From the NCBI GenBank assembly GCA_002269645.1, contig NIVC01004381.1, positions 1 through 47,996 of the forward strand: DNA of 47,996 bases. The letters are read 5' to 3'. Both the position numbers and the translations under genes were made by a program. Origin of the DNA: Macrostomum lignano. Its lineage: Eukaryota. The notes beneath the pieces are model-generated. The model ran no database searches. It was not told the DNA's origin and worked only from the letters and a program-made list of their open reading frames with translations. Shown here piece by piece: positions 11,901-22,033 of the stretch; the stretch's first letter is position 1, and every line of letters starts with the position of its first letter.

Positions 11901-14900
11901 AATGCGCCAGCACATCGCAAGCACAACGTCGTGGAACTCCTGAGCAAATGGGGCTGGGAAGTGCTCCAACATCCACCCTATTCGTCTGATTTGTCGCCGT
12001 GCGACTTCTTCTTATTTTCATCTGTGAAGAAGCACCTTCGGGGCATTCGATTTGACAGTGTCGAGCACATCGAAGCTGCATGCAATCAAGCTGTTTGCCA
12101 AACGGACGCGAGTGGTGTGAGTTCCGGAATCAGAGGCCTGGTAAATCGCTGGCAGAAGTGCAAAGACATTGGCGGTGAATATGTTGAGTGACAGAATCAT
12201 GTTAAGCAATCTAACAGTGTTTTCATAGTTCCAGTTGTTTTGTGTTCAGTTTTGTAGGGCACCGAAAAGAACTTTTTGAATACACCTCGTAAGTGTCCTC
12301 TGGCTTTATGCCAATAAAAACTATAATCTTATATATGTACTTTGTCCACTGCAACCTTACTAATATCCACATTGACCTAGACAATGTCCACCTTCCACTC
12401 TCAATATTAGAAGGGGCTTTTTAACTACTATCCTTAGTCAAAACAGAATTGCACTGAATATCAGCATAAACTGACATAGCCAAGGCATTCAGTTTCATTG
12501 ATAGCTCACTGTTTAATAGCCATGCTAGAGTGGGTATTACCTTCTTCATGACGATAAAATGCTTTTCTAGGAAAGTCTGCATCTCAGTTTTCTAATCCAA
12601 AATGTGTACCATTGAGCAGTGTATCAAGCACTTGCTCTAGGCAAATATTAATAATTTTGATATTAATTTTTATACTAATAGCCAAGTTGCTATCAAGGCC
12701 TTAACTACTAACAAAATCTCTGCTGTTATAATATCTTAATGCCACTCAATATGCAATCTCTCTCAGTCTTTAATAGGATTAAAACTATTTAGATCTCTAG
12801 TCAAAGCAATATCCCAAGTAATAAGCTTATAGATTCTTTTGCCAAAGAAGGTAGCAACCTTAATGGCAACTATTATGTAATAAGGCTATCCCTTCTCAGT
12901 TGCAAGTCACTTTCTATAACAATAGGTGGCTCTATCAGCAACATGGGAATAGTTGCATTGACCATAAGCAGACCCAATCTGCATAGCCTGAATAAGAAAG
13001 TCTTTGAATATTTAATCTCACTTAATAGAACCAACCTTAAGGAGATATGCATAGTCTTAACTAGCCATAGATTCTTCTAAAGATATCTCATTGCAAACTG
13101 GCTGCCTTCCTACTTGTCCTTTCTATAGTATATGAGAAGACTATGGAGTATCATATCATCTTTTGCCCTTATTTAATAAAGTATAGTACAAATATCTTGG
13201 CCACTCCCAATAGATAGACAAGTTGACTATCATAGACAATATCCGTAGCCTGTGCTCTTTTGTCTAAGATACTGCCAGATAAGGGTCACTGATACTTCTT
13301 CTATGAACTTGCTAAATACTAGTGGGGGCTAGGCAGACTCCCAAGGTTAATCCTTGGTCTCTTACTCTCTTTTTTATTTTGGGGTTGCAATAGGGGCCTC
13401 ATGGCCTTTTTTGTGGCACTTGTGGCCTTTTTATTAGTAGGTAATAAAATAAGTAAATAGCCTAAATGATACAAGTGAAAACAGTGTAGTATATCTAGTC
13501 TTATAGAATATTTTGCTATGTGTACAACTTTCTTTCTTAGAAAATACAGTATTTAAATCCCTATTGCAGCCAATGGCCATTTTCGTGGACGGCGTCCGGC
13601 GCGGATTTTGGCCTGGCGGCGGCGCGGCGCGTGGCGGTGGCACGCGGTGGCGTGGCGTGTGGCGGCGGCGCGCGGCGGCGTGGCGCGGGGGCATGGGAGA
13701 GGGGTGTGGGGGCACACGTGAGGAGGGGCACAGAGGGTTATATTGAAGCAAATCACTGATCCTGGGGACTGGCCCTGGCGCGGTACGAGTAGATGTCTGG
13801 CGCGGGAAAGGGGGGCGTCCGGCGCGGTTCAGACCTTGGCTGCAATAGGGATTTAAATGTCCGCCAAATAGTAATAATTTTGTTTAACTGTTGTGCACTC
13901 AAATAATATTCTACAAAATTTAAAAATATGTTATAAATGCATTGTCTGATTGGTATAAACAGGAGCCTAGAATGGGCCAGGAAAAACAACCGCTTGCTTG
14001 CTCAAGTAAGATCGTGACAATTAATCCACTCAATAAAAATCCTAAGCATTCTTACTTGGCTTATTCATTTCTATAGTATTAAGCCCCTTGTTGGGAGTAT
14101 CAGAAACCGCTAAAAGCGAGAATCGCCTCAGGGCAAGAAGCACTACAGAATAGTAAGATTGCTTCAAGGCAGGAAAAATGCCTAAGGGCAGGGAAAACAC
14201 ATAAGGCTGTTGATCCTCTGATCCAGGGAACACCTAGGACTGAGAGAAAACTTATAGGAGTAAATAGAGTAAATAGTGCCATTAGACTGCTCAAGCCAAA
14301 GAGTACAGTACATGTACAGATGCTACCAATAAGATAAGTAGACTCTACCAATATAGAAGTAGATAGAAAAGTAGTCACACTACCAATAAGTAAGGTAATA
14401 AAGTACAAAGTAACAAAGTACATTTGTGCAAAAATATATTAATTAAATTAAGTATAGGGGAATTAGTCCTGTAATAATAGGTAGTGGCATTGTGAGATTA
14501 TTTATAGATAGAAAGTCAGCCTTTTTGACAACTTTGGTGTCAGCGGTAGGATAATTTCAGTGAGAACAATCATGCCTGTTACAACTTTGATGGCTAATTA
14601 GTGAGATTTTAATAGAGGGAAGCTAAACCCTTATCACATAAGATTTAAAAACTTAATAGCTAAAGCACTAAACTGACTAAGTTCAAATTTTAAGACATTA
14701 TTTTTTAGATTATTAATTAAAGCTGCAACTAGTCTAAGTTACTTTTTGATAAAAAATCTAAGCTTTGCTTTTGCATATTAGAGGGCCTATTAATTAATCA
14801 TTTCTAGCTATCTATTATAATAAGAATAGGATTTAAAATAAAACATCTTGAATAAAAGCTTGGCTCCAAACATTTAACCTATGCTATCATACTTGGGTGC

Positions 14901-15719
14901 AACCTTGGGATTCACTCGGCCATTTCTATTGGCAACACACACATGTATATCGCTATTGGACAGAATAGTAGTCACGTGACTGCTCTCAGCCAATAGCAAC
15001 TTACATGTGTGTTGCCAATAGAAATGGCCAGGTGATTCCCAAGGTTGCGCACGTATGTATGCTATACTAGGATGTATTGGGTTTATTTTTTGTGCACAGA
15101 GTATTCATATATGTAACCTAAATTTTAAAATTGCACTTTGAGATTAAAAGTTGGATGCAGTTTGGGTGCAGTCTTCTAACCTATTTTTCCATTGAAGCCT
15201 GATTTGCACTGCCTTAAAAATAAGAAAAAAGAGAAATTGCACTCTGAGCCTTAAAATCTTGTCCCTGGCAAAAACCCTAAGGGTATACAATATATAGCAA
15301 GTATGCAGAACAAACAATTTGGCCACAAAAGACACACAGAACAATAGAGGATTTTTTGCTAGAAAAGTGTGCATATTTTTGCATTAGATTTAAATGGCCT
15401 AATACTAATATTAATTTACTATAGCTCTTCTAGAGCCATAGAAGATTTTTTAAATGAAGTTGTGTATACATGCACATTTATTTAATTTTTACTTTCTGCA
15501 CAGAATGCATTATTTGTAGGGATGAATTTTGCCCTGGCCCTGGATGCCATGGTTATTTTATATTTTGAATAGGTCTATAAATACTATATATATATATCAA
15601 AATTAGTTGTCTTATCCCAATATATTATTTTTAGATAGTTTGTTACATTACAATTGTCATTGAGTCAAACAACAATACTTACCACTTAATGAGTTTACCA
15701 AGTCATTACTTTGACCCAT
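8982..15719 (-). CDS. PPP4R2: Protein phosphatase 4 regulatory subunit 2, two coding exons (15719-15683, 10147-8982), 400 aa
   Basis: Hallmark PPP4R2 motif [30 protein letters not shown] followed by an acidic low-complexity tail. The 37-nt exon 1 ([12 protein letters not shown] + G, donor GTAAGT) joins in phase 1 to acceptor TTTTCACAG at 10148. Total CDS is 1203 nt. Confidence 0.9.
10944..12289 (+). mobile_element. Full-length mariner (Tc1/mariner, DD34D) transposon, 1346 bp
   Basis: 29-bp TIRs CGAGGT(T/G)TATTCAAAAAGTTCTTTTCGGT with one mismatch, TA duplication at 10942-10943 and 12290-12291, and a single intact transposase ORF. Confidence 0.96.
11130..12191 (+). CDS. Mariner transposase, 353 aa
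   Basis: N-terminal HTH region, WVPHLL (WVPHEL-like), catalytic GDETW...HDNA-(34 aa)-D, and YSSDLSPCD (YSPDLAP-like). Confidence 0.95.
   Translation: MAESFSKQDVRSLMKFQFLQGKKPPDMFRELQQVLGNCAPTEQTVRKWYRLFAEGRESIEDNGRSGRPMTATKETVVKKVQELLDDDWRRTCEELAEDVGVSVGSVHTILTEHLLLQKKFCKWVPHLLTGEQKMQRTLASSSHLRRFHREGEDFLSRIVAGDETWVYSWDPETKAQSAEWLPAHSPRPQRAIRKQGTIKIMHVMFFDSQGILLNWAVPQGTTVNGDYYKWILQEKLRPAIQKKRPGLLESGVILLHDNAPAHRKHNVVELLSKWGWEVLQHPPYSSDLSPCDFFLFSSVKKHLRGIRFDSVEHIEAACNQAVCQTDASGVSSGIRGLVNRWQKCKDIGGEYVE
13551..13858. mobile_element. GC-rich MITE-like insertion, 308 bp
   Basis: Perfect 23-bp inverted termini ATTTAAATCCCTATTGCAGCCAA (13551-13573 and 13836-13858). The GC- and CpG-rich interior contrasts with CpG-free flanks. 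Confidence 0.8.
14887..15060. mobile_element. Near-perfect palindrome (hairpin MITE-like) centred on GTCACGTGAC
   Basis: The left arm GCAACCTTGGGATTCACTCGGCCATTTCTATTGGCAACACAC... pairs with the right arm ...GTGTGTTGCCAATAGAAATGGCCAGGTGATTCCCAAGGTTGC. The centre is at 14971-14980. Confidence 0.8.
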
Positions 15720-16966
15720 TGTTGAAAGAACCATTGCTAAGAGGGCCTAAGCAACCTTTAGTTTAAGCTTTCTTTGGAAAAGACTTCTTACTTTACTAGG
15801 TGTCACTATCGAAATAGTAATCTTAGTAGCACATACACTAGACAGAATCGCAAATTCGATAAACAGTACAGTGGTCGTGGAAACACGCAAACGTTCAAAC
15901 ACTAAGCTTAGAATTCCTAAAAAATGAAGAAAATATAGCTAAACTAGGTGTAGAGTAAAGCTGATCCTGATAATACCTACAAGGGCTACTGAATTAATTC
16001 AAAGATTAATCATATTATTAAAGAAAGTATAAAATCATCTGCAATGGGTACTTGCTCATGTGATTTTTAAATTTTCTGAGTAGTGGTGTTACGCCTGCTC
16101 CTTCCAAATTCGACCTTCGGAATTGAATAGTAGATCATTTCTCTGTCGTATAAGAAACAGCTAAAATACTAAATAATTACAAATGAAGGATAATTTTAAT
16201 TGCCTAAATTAAAGTACTACAGTCGTCTTTATTTAACTTAAAATTAACTTTTGTTAATACTGTTAAAATAATGTTTTGACTGACAACAAGTATTTTAACA
16301 TTTGATAAAGGAAAAATTAATTGAATATTTTTTGCAAGCATTTCAACTCGACGAAAGTCGACGGTATTTGTGTATTTTGTGGGTGAGTAGTTCATTGAAT
16401 TTGTTTTTGGAATTTAGTTAAGAGTTTCTCTGTAATCTAAATTAAAAATCTTGCTTCTGTAAAAGTTTAGTAGAATAGCAGAATGAGTAAAGTAACACAA
16501 CTATCGTATGTATAGTCCATGGTTTTAGGATTAGGATGATAAAAAGTCCTGCATGGAAAAATAAAATAAATTAAATCGTTTGCTTTCTTGCCAAAACATG
16601 TTTGGAAATCTATCAAACTTGTTTAGATCCGCTCCTACAGTTTGAACTCAGATTAATTTTTGCAAACTAATGTTCTTTTGCTTCATCTTATATGCTTTCG
16701 ACACAAAAATTGACGAATACAACCGCATTTTATAAAATTTATTCTATTACAGTATTTATTTTCTTTTTCCATTAATTAAAACTTTAAAATATCTAAAATT
16801 TTGACTCTTATGGATTGTAAAGAATAAAAAATAAACGCAGTATGAATACATTTAAGGAGAATTGCTCCATAACCAATAGATAAATTTTCGTTGTACTCGT
16901 ATCAACCTTTTAATATTATGCAGGTTCTTCTTTTTGGTCGAATACAATTACCAACTTATCAACGGA

Positions 16967-18718
16967 ATGGATCGCAATATGCCAGTACAGTCGGGTGGGT
17001 TGTGGAACTCAACTCCAGTGCAGTACAGTGCTCAAACCCAGCAGCTGCTTAAAGGTAAAAACCGCACTCAAGTACAGCTTGAAGTTCACTTTAACATACT
17101 ATATTTAATTTATAATGCAAGCAAAAATTATAAAAAAATCTTGTACTTACATTTCAGACATGATGCAAGAATCAAAGCTTACTAATTTGCAAATGAGAAA
17201 AGTGTCAGAGACAATGAAAAGTAAGGATTAAGCTTTTGCAAAAAATGGCCTAAGACTTTGCCAACACATACCATTTCATTACAGCTACAATTTTTTATAT
17301 CTGCATTTTTTTCTAAATTCAGAAGGCTCCAGTCTGCCGACAGATCTGCCTCCGACGTCATCTGCCAGGCAAAGGTCAAACTCTGCCGGTAAACCGAGAG
17401 GTCCAATGCCGAAAGTTCTCAATCCAAAGTGAGACGTAGTTTTGTTTCCTTTACCAACCGTCTTTACAACATACTTGACCTCTAGTGCCATATCAGGATG
17501 AGGTCAGAAAGTTCAGGGTACATTTGCGAGCTAACTTTCATAAGCGCTTCTGGGCCATGGTTACTCGTTTATCAATTGTTGATCAACTAGCTTCTTACTC
17601 TTGGCGCCTCTGTGGCTCAGCTTTGCCAAGCAGTCAGAATAGAGGCCAGAGTAGCTCAGTTTTACAAAAGAAGCAGAAATTTCCCTAACCCACCAGAAAC
17701 TATCAATCGAGTCTGCGTACGCGCGAACAAATCGTTGCTACGGGAGCCTACGAAAAGCCGGCCTACCGGCCAACGGGCCCGTCCGGTCGAAATCAGGACG
17801 CTGAGAAGCGACGACTGGCGAACCGCATGGCCTTCGGTGACGAGTGCCCGCCAGACGATGGACGCGGGGACGTCGGCGGCAGCGGCGGCAGACGCAAAGG
17901 CGGAGTGAGGCGGATGACTCTGGAAGCCCCCGCTCCGGAGCCGACGCTGGACCGGTTCGACGAACTGGCCGAGGAAGTTGAGGACAGGCGTCGCTTCCTC
18001 GACCAGATGGAGGCGGCCGGGCAAGGCGCCAAGTATCGGGCCAAGATTCAGGCGGAAATATCGCAAGTGCGTGTCCACGGGGTTACGAGTAGATTATCTA
18101 CCGCGGTCATTCCCGATGGGCTGGAAAAATTATATGCATCCTATACTTAAGACAGCTTCGGGCCCCCAGGAACCGGCGGCTCTATGCATGATATGGGGCC
18201 ACTGGTGCTGGCGCCCCTTTGGTGCTGGCGCCCCTGATGCTAAAGATTCTGGTGCTAAAGCCCCTAGTGCTAAAGCCCCTTGTGCTGACGCACCTGCTGT
18301 ATAATAAGCTTAATGCTAATATAATAAGCTTAATGCTTAACGTATAATAAGCAATTACCGATCGGTTTTTTAAAAGCCGCCCTACAACGGAAGCAAATTG
18401 AAGATATTTTTTGTCTTAATTATAAAAACTTATGTCTGCTATACATGTAAATTTTAAATCGGCTCAATTTTATAACAGTATATTTCAATTACTAAAAACT
18501 TTCTAGATATGCTTTACCATATAGCCGGTCATATTTTTTTCCGTTGAATATTTTTTGCGAACAATACTACTGTAGACACTACTAAATAGTAGCAAAACAG
18601 GTAAATTTAAGCCATGTCGCAATTTTCATTCCAGCTCGTCAGAGAGATGGAGATTATTGACAAGAAGCGCAACGAAGAGCTGGAACGAATGATGAGGGCG
18701 GAGCGGAGCGGTCAGTAG
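16967..18718 (+). CDS. C22orf23: UPF0193 protein EVG1 (C22orf23-like), five exons (16967-17054, 17158-17220, 17323-17428, 17697-18066, 18635-18718), 236 aa
   Basis: All introns are GT-AG with consistent phases and the CDS is 711 nt. Motifs match the family as recalled: MMQESKLTN, GAY, LDRFDELAEEVEDRRRFLDQMEAAGQGAKYRAKIQAEISQ, REMEIIDKKR. Confidence 0.9.
18205..18300. repeat. Short degenerate minisatellite in EVG1 intron 4
   Basis: Repeated GGTGCTGGCGCCCC / GTGCTAAAGCCCC units. Confidence 0.6.
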
Positions 18719-19160
18719 GGAACTTCCAGCCTGCCTAAGTCTGAGTGCCTTGATCGCAAGCTGACATCATCACTGCCAACTGCTTTTAAATTGATTGTGT
18801 TTATCTGACAAGAGCATGGATAAGGGAAGTAGGAGCCGACAGCCGCACTCTTGCAACTCTAAAATGAAAATGAAACAATTTTATGTTTTGTCCAAACGTT
18901 GGTTGACATGTTTATCAAGTTTAGCCATTTAAATGCGACAGGAGATTAGGAGCAAGTAAGAAAAAGGTTCGAGTGAAATTTCTGCTTTTCCTGGCTCTTG
19001 ATTGTATTTTTTTCCGATGATTTCTGTAGAAGATTATGCATGGTTTTAGGGTTGTATTTGTTGTAAGTTAAAACAAACTGTAGAAACCATGCATTACCTC
19101 AATTAAATCCCTGCTTTCAAACTCCGGGATTTATTCAGATACAACCCGCAAAACAGTTTA

Positions 19161-19272
19161 GACCATAGACACTGAATGCAGTGCAAAGAGGGGTCAAGGG
19201 GACGCAGTTCCTGTGCGGGTGTACGGGCGGAGCCCCACATGTAGCATCTCACTTTATTAAATGTCTATGGTC
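19161..19272. mobile_element. Small inverted-repeat element
   Basis: 11-bp inverted ends GACCATAGACA / TGTCTATGGTC around a G-rich GGGGTCAAGGGG...GGAGCCCC core. No TSD was confirmed. Confidence 0.4.
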
Positions 19273-20549
19273 CGCTTTCATCTCGGAAAGTCGACTAGAA
19301 AGGATTTAAGCGAAACATGGGAGAAGTATTAAGATATTCTATGGTTGAAGTTGGGGATGGGGGTGTGGGGCGAAGCCCCCACATTCTTTCCATAAACAAA
19401 ATACGAGCTATTATTAAGAAATTTCTCGAGTCACGAAGGAAGAGAAGAGAGAAGCTCGCTTATTTAGATACATGCAATAATCCTTGCAATATGTCCGGGA
19501 AAGTGATCGATTAAATCCCGCAAAATAAAATCTATGTCAATAACCTCCCTGAAAGTGAGCTTTAAAGTGGTTTAAAATTCGTTGTTTAGTTTTGTGAGTA
19601 GGTGAACTGCGGAAACTTATGTGGAAGTTAAATAGAGATAAAACAAAGAACACCAAAAGTGCATTTTCTAAGGTAGTTGCAAGTACTTTTCGACCATAGA
19701 CGGCAGTTAGCCAAGTACACAGAAGTTTACTTGGTGATTTAGCGCAAGAAGAAGCTTTAGCTTTGGCAGCTTAGGTCTGTGGTCAAAAAGTGAATACCTG
19801 AAAAGATGCACTTTCAACTTCATGAAGTTGGCATTCTATCTTATTCTCTGTATTCTTGGGGATAAACCTGTCAATCAGTTTTGAGAACAGAACCTGCACA
19901 AAAATTCTGAAGTTCAGATATCTTTAATTTACAACTCGCTCGGTTTTAAAGTGTGAAGGATTTAAAGTGTAAACCTGAGATGGACTTTGTACTAATTAGT
20001 TTTTTATTTTAGTCCGTCCATTGAATCTGCAATTTAATTCTTTTAACAATTATACAATGTAAAAATGAACTAATGAACTACTCTTGAACTGCATAGTATT
20101 GTGCATGCACCGTTCTTTGTTATTCGTTTTAAAACTGTTCTATTGGGTATAGTTGTAATTCTCACCTGATAGCATCAAGTCGAATAATAATTAATTAATG
20201 AAAAAGCAAATAAAATTCGGATCAAGTCCCGTTGTTGAGATTTAGTCTCCGAAACACTATAAAATCGTCAAGCTGCTTTTATAGTAATTGCTTTTTACGG
20301 CCAGTTTGGGCTTACCACCATACATCTTACTCGTATATTCCCATAGATAGGCCGCTCTCAATGCATTCAATAGAAAAAGACCGACCACGCAAATTGCAAG
20401 AAAAAATTAATCAAGCCGACAGCGTTTAAGACAATTTAGAGGTCAGTAGCTTGTGGGACAGACATATATTTCTGCCGTGGTTACCATCAAACAAATGGGC
20501 AAAATAAATGCTGAAAATACAGCTCATGACTGCAGGCCATGGAAAGGAA

Positions 20550-20775
20550 ATGAGAGAGGAAAATAGAAAGGATAAAAGATGAGAGGTGAGATGAGAGAAA
20601 ATGGGAGAGTAGAGAACGGAGAGACGGAAGAGAGAGAGGAGAGGTGAGAGAAAGAGAAAGAACTGCATGAGAAGAGACACAAACCTTGAGCGGGCCGGAT
20701 TGCTATTTCTAAGTTTCAAAAGACCCGCGAGGGCCGGATTGAGAGGCTTCACGGGCCGCAGATTGCCGAGCTCTG
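20550..20775. mobile_element. Right end of a hAT-like non-autonomous element preceded by a short GA-rich tract
   Basis: GGCCGGATTGCTAT...AAGTTTCAAAAGACCCG...GGGCCGCAGATTGCCGAGCTCTG followed by CTCTATGG (resembles the Charlie-type NTCTAGAN target). About 70 bp are closely similar to 36372-36440. Confidence 0.55.
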
Positions 20776-21024
20776 CTCTATGGGGCATGCTTGTGGTCGC
20801 TGAGTGGCTTATTTAGGGAATATAAGATCTATATAGGCTTACCTGAATTGAATTTAATCCAAGATATGTTTGCCAGAGTAACGGAGCTTTTGTCTATAGT
20901 AGAAATTGGACCGGGGCACAGCAGCATTTAATTTGGTCCAGCAAGCATCGCTTTGGTCCATAGCGGCTCCATAGCTTCAACTCTTAGAGTTCATTTGCAA
21001 CTGCATGCAGATTCGTGGACCCCT

Positions 21025-21500
21025 GGGGGGTCTTTCTCGAAAGCAACTTACGATCGGCCATGGACGTAAGTTGGGTAAGCTACACTTGCGGGTTGCTCGA
21101 AGTGCTCGGAGTGTGAATGTGATCGGAGGAAATAAACGTACAGGCGAAGAATGTAGGAAGAAGTGGTGCGACGTGAAGTCCAACGTCAAAGCAAAGACAG
21201 CCCTAGTACGGAAAGACAAAATGGCTACTGGCGGGCGGTGTACAAAAAGAATCTATATAACTAAATCTAAATCTTCTACAGAATTCGTTATAGTCTAATT
21301 GCTAGTATATACTGAAGCAGACAAAAACCATTGGAATCGTTGCCCACTTCGGCCATAGACAACATTTTTCGCTTTGCGATAACTTGCGAACTGCGTAAGT
21401 TGCGAGAACTCTAGGTTAGCTTCGAGAAACGCAAGCGCAAAGTTCTGACTTACGCCTGCACTTACCATAGAACTTACAATAGTTTCGAGAAAGACCCCCC
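21025..21500 (+). mobile_element. Internally deleted PIF/Harbinger element retaining a Myb/SANT-like fragment
   Basis: Perfect 18-bp TIRs GGGGGGTCTTTCTCGAAA, subterminal ACTTACG/CGTAAGT repeats, and the fragment ARSVNVIGGNKRTGEECRKKWCDVKSNVK...TGG (about 21100-21237), typical of the Harbinger DNA-binding ORF. Confidence 0.8.
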
Positions 21501-21999
21501 AGATTATTGCATTGCATTTTCAGATTGAATTTTTGACGTCACCTTGTATTGGAATGGAACAGTGATCAAAATTGATGTACATCTGATTGACAGCGAGCTA
21601 ATATTCCTTTATCCATGGCTTAAACTATCAACTAAACTGACAAAAGCGGCAGACTTTGACTGGATTTTAGCTAAATCCAATTAAAACATTGGGTGTCTCC
21701 GAGCGCTCTTTGACTGCAGATGAGCCGCTCGCTAACTTAGAGAAGTTCCAATTCTTAGTAGAAGCCATGATAAAAGTGCGCAGACAAGCGTGCGCGCCAG
21801 CTACATTATAAATACTTTCTTTTACAAATTGAACTTTCTCAGAACTGTACAGCGCTCGCGGAGTGTAAAATATAGGACCTCTCGGATCGCTGCATCGGCA
21901 CTGTGCGTCTCTGTTAATGCATAGCCAAGCGTGTCTGCAATGGTAAGGGAGGCTGTGAGTCGGCTACAAGCCGACAAATTCATCATCTGCGAGTGGAAT

Positions 22000-22001
<2 letters not shown>

Positions 22002-22032
<31 letters not shown>
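22002..22032. repeat. (TA)n microsatellite
   Basis: About 15 direct TA repeats. Confidence 0.95.

Positions 22033-22033
<1 letters not shown>

Larger units (their letters stand above)
10825..13180 (+). mobile_element. 5'-truncated, heavily mutated non-LTR retrotransposon (RNase H plus C-terminal CCHC; Loa/R1/I-like), split by the mariner
   Basis: Degenerate ORF2 motifs: [13 protein letters not shown] (about 10850-10890); RNase H FIDSS (=FTDGS, 12494), [38 protein letters not shown] (=WIPGH..IPGNELAD.FAKEG, to about 12852); LTSHRFF*RYL; TCPF; [12 protein letters not shown]. The clade assignment is from memory of motifs. Confidence 0.8.

Noticed and set aside
14100-14423. Hydrophobic 107-aa minus-strand ORF resembling a membrane protein
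   Set aside because: It lies in the C>T-eroded domain, where mutation bias creates Leu/Ile/Phe/Ser codons. It is probably an unidentified TE remnant.
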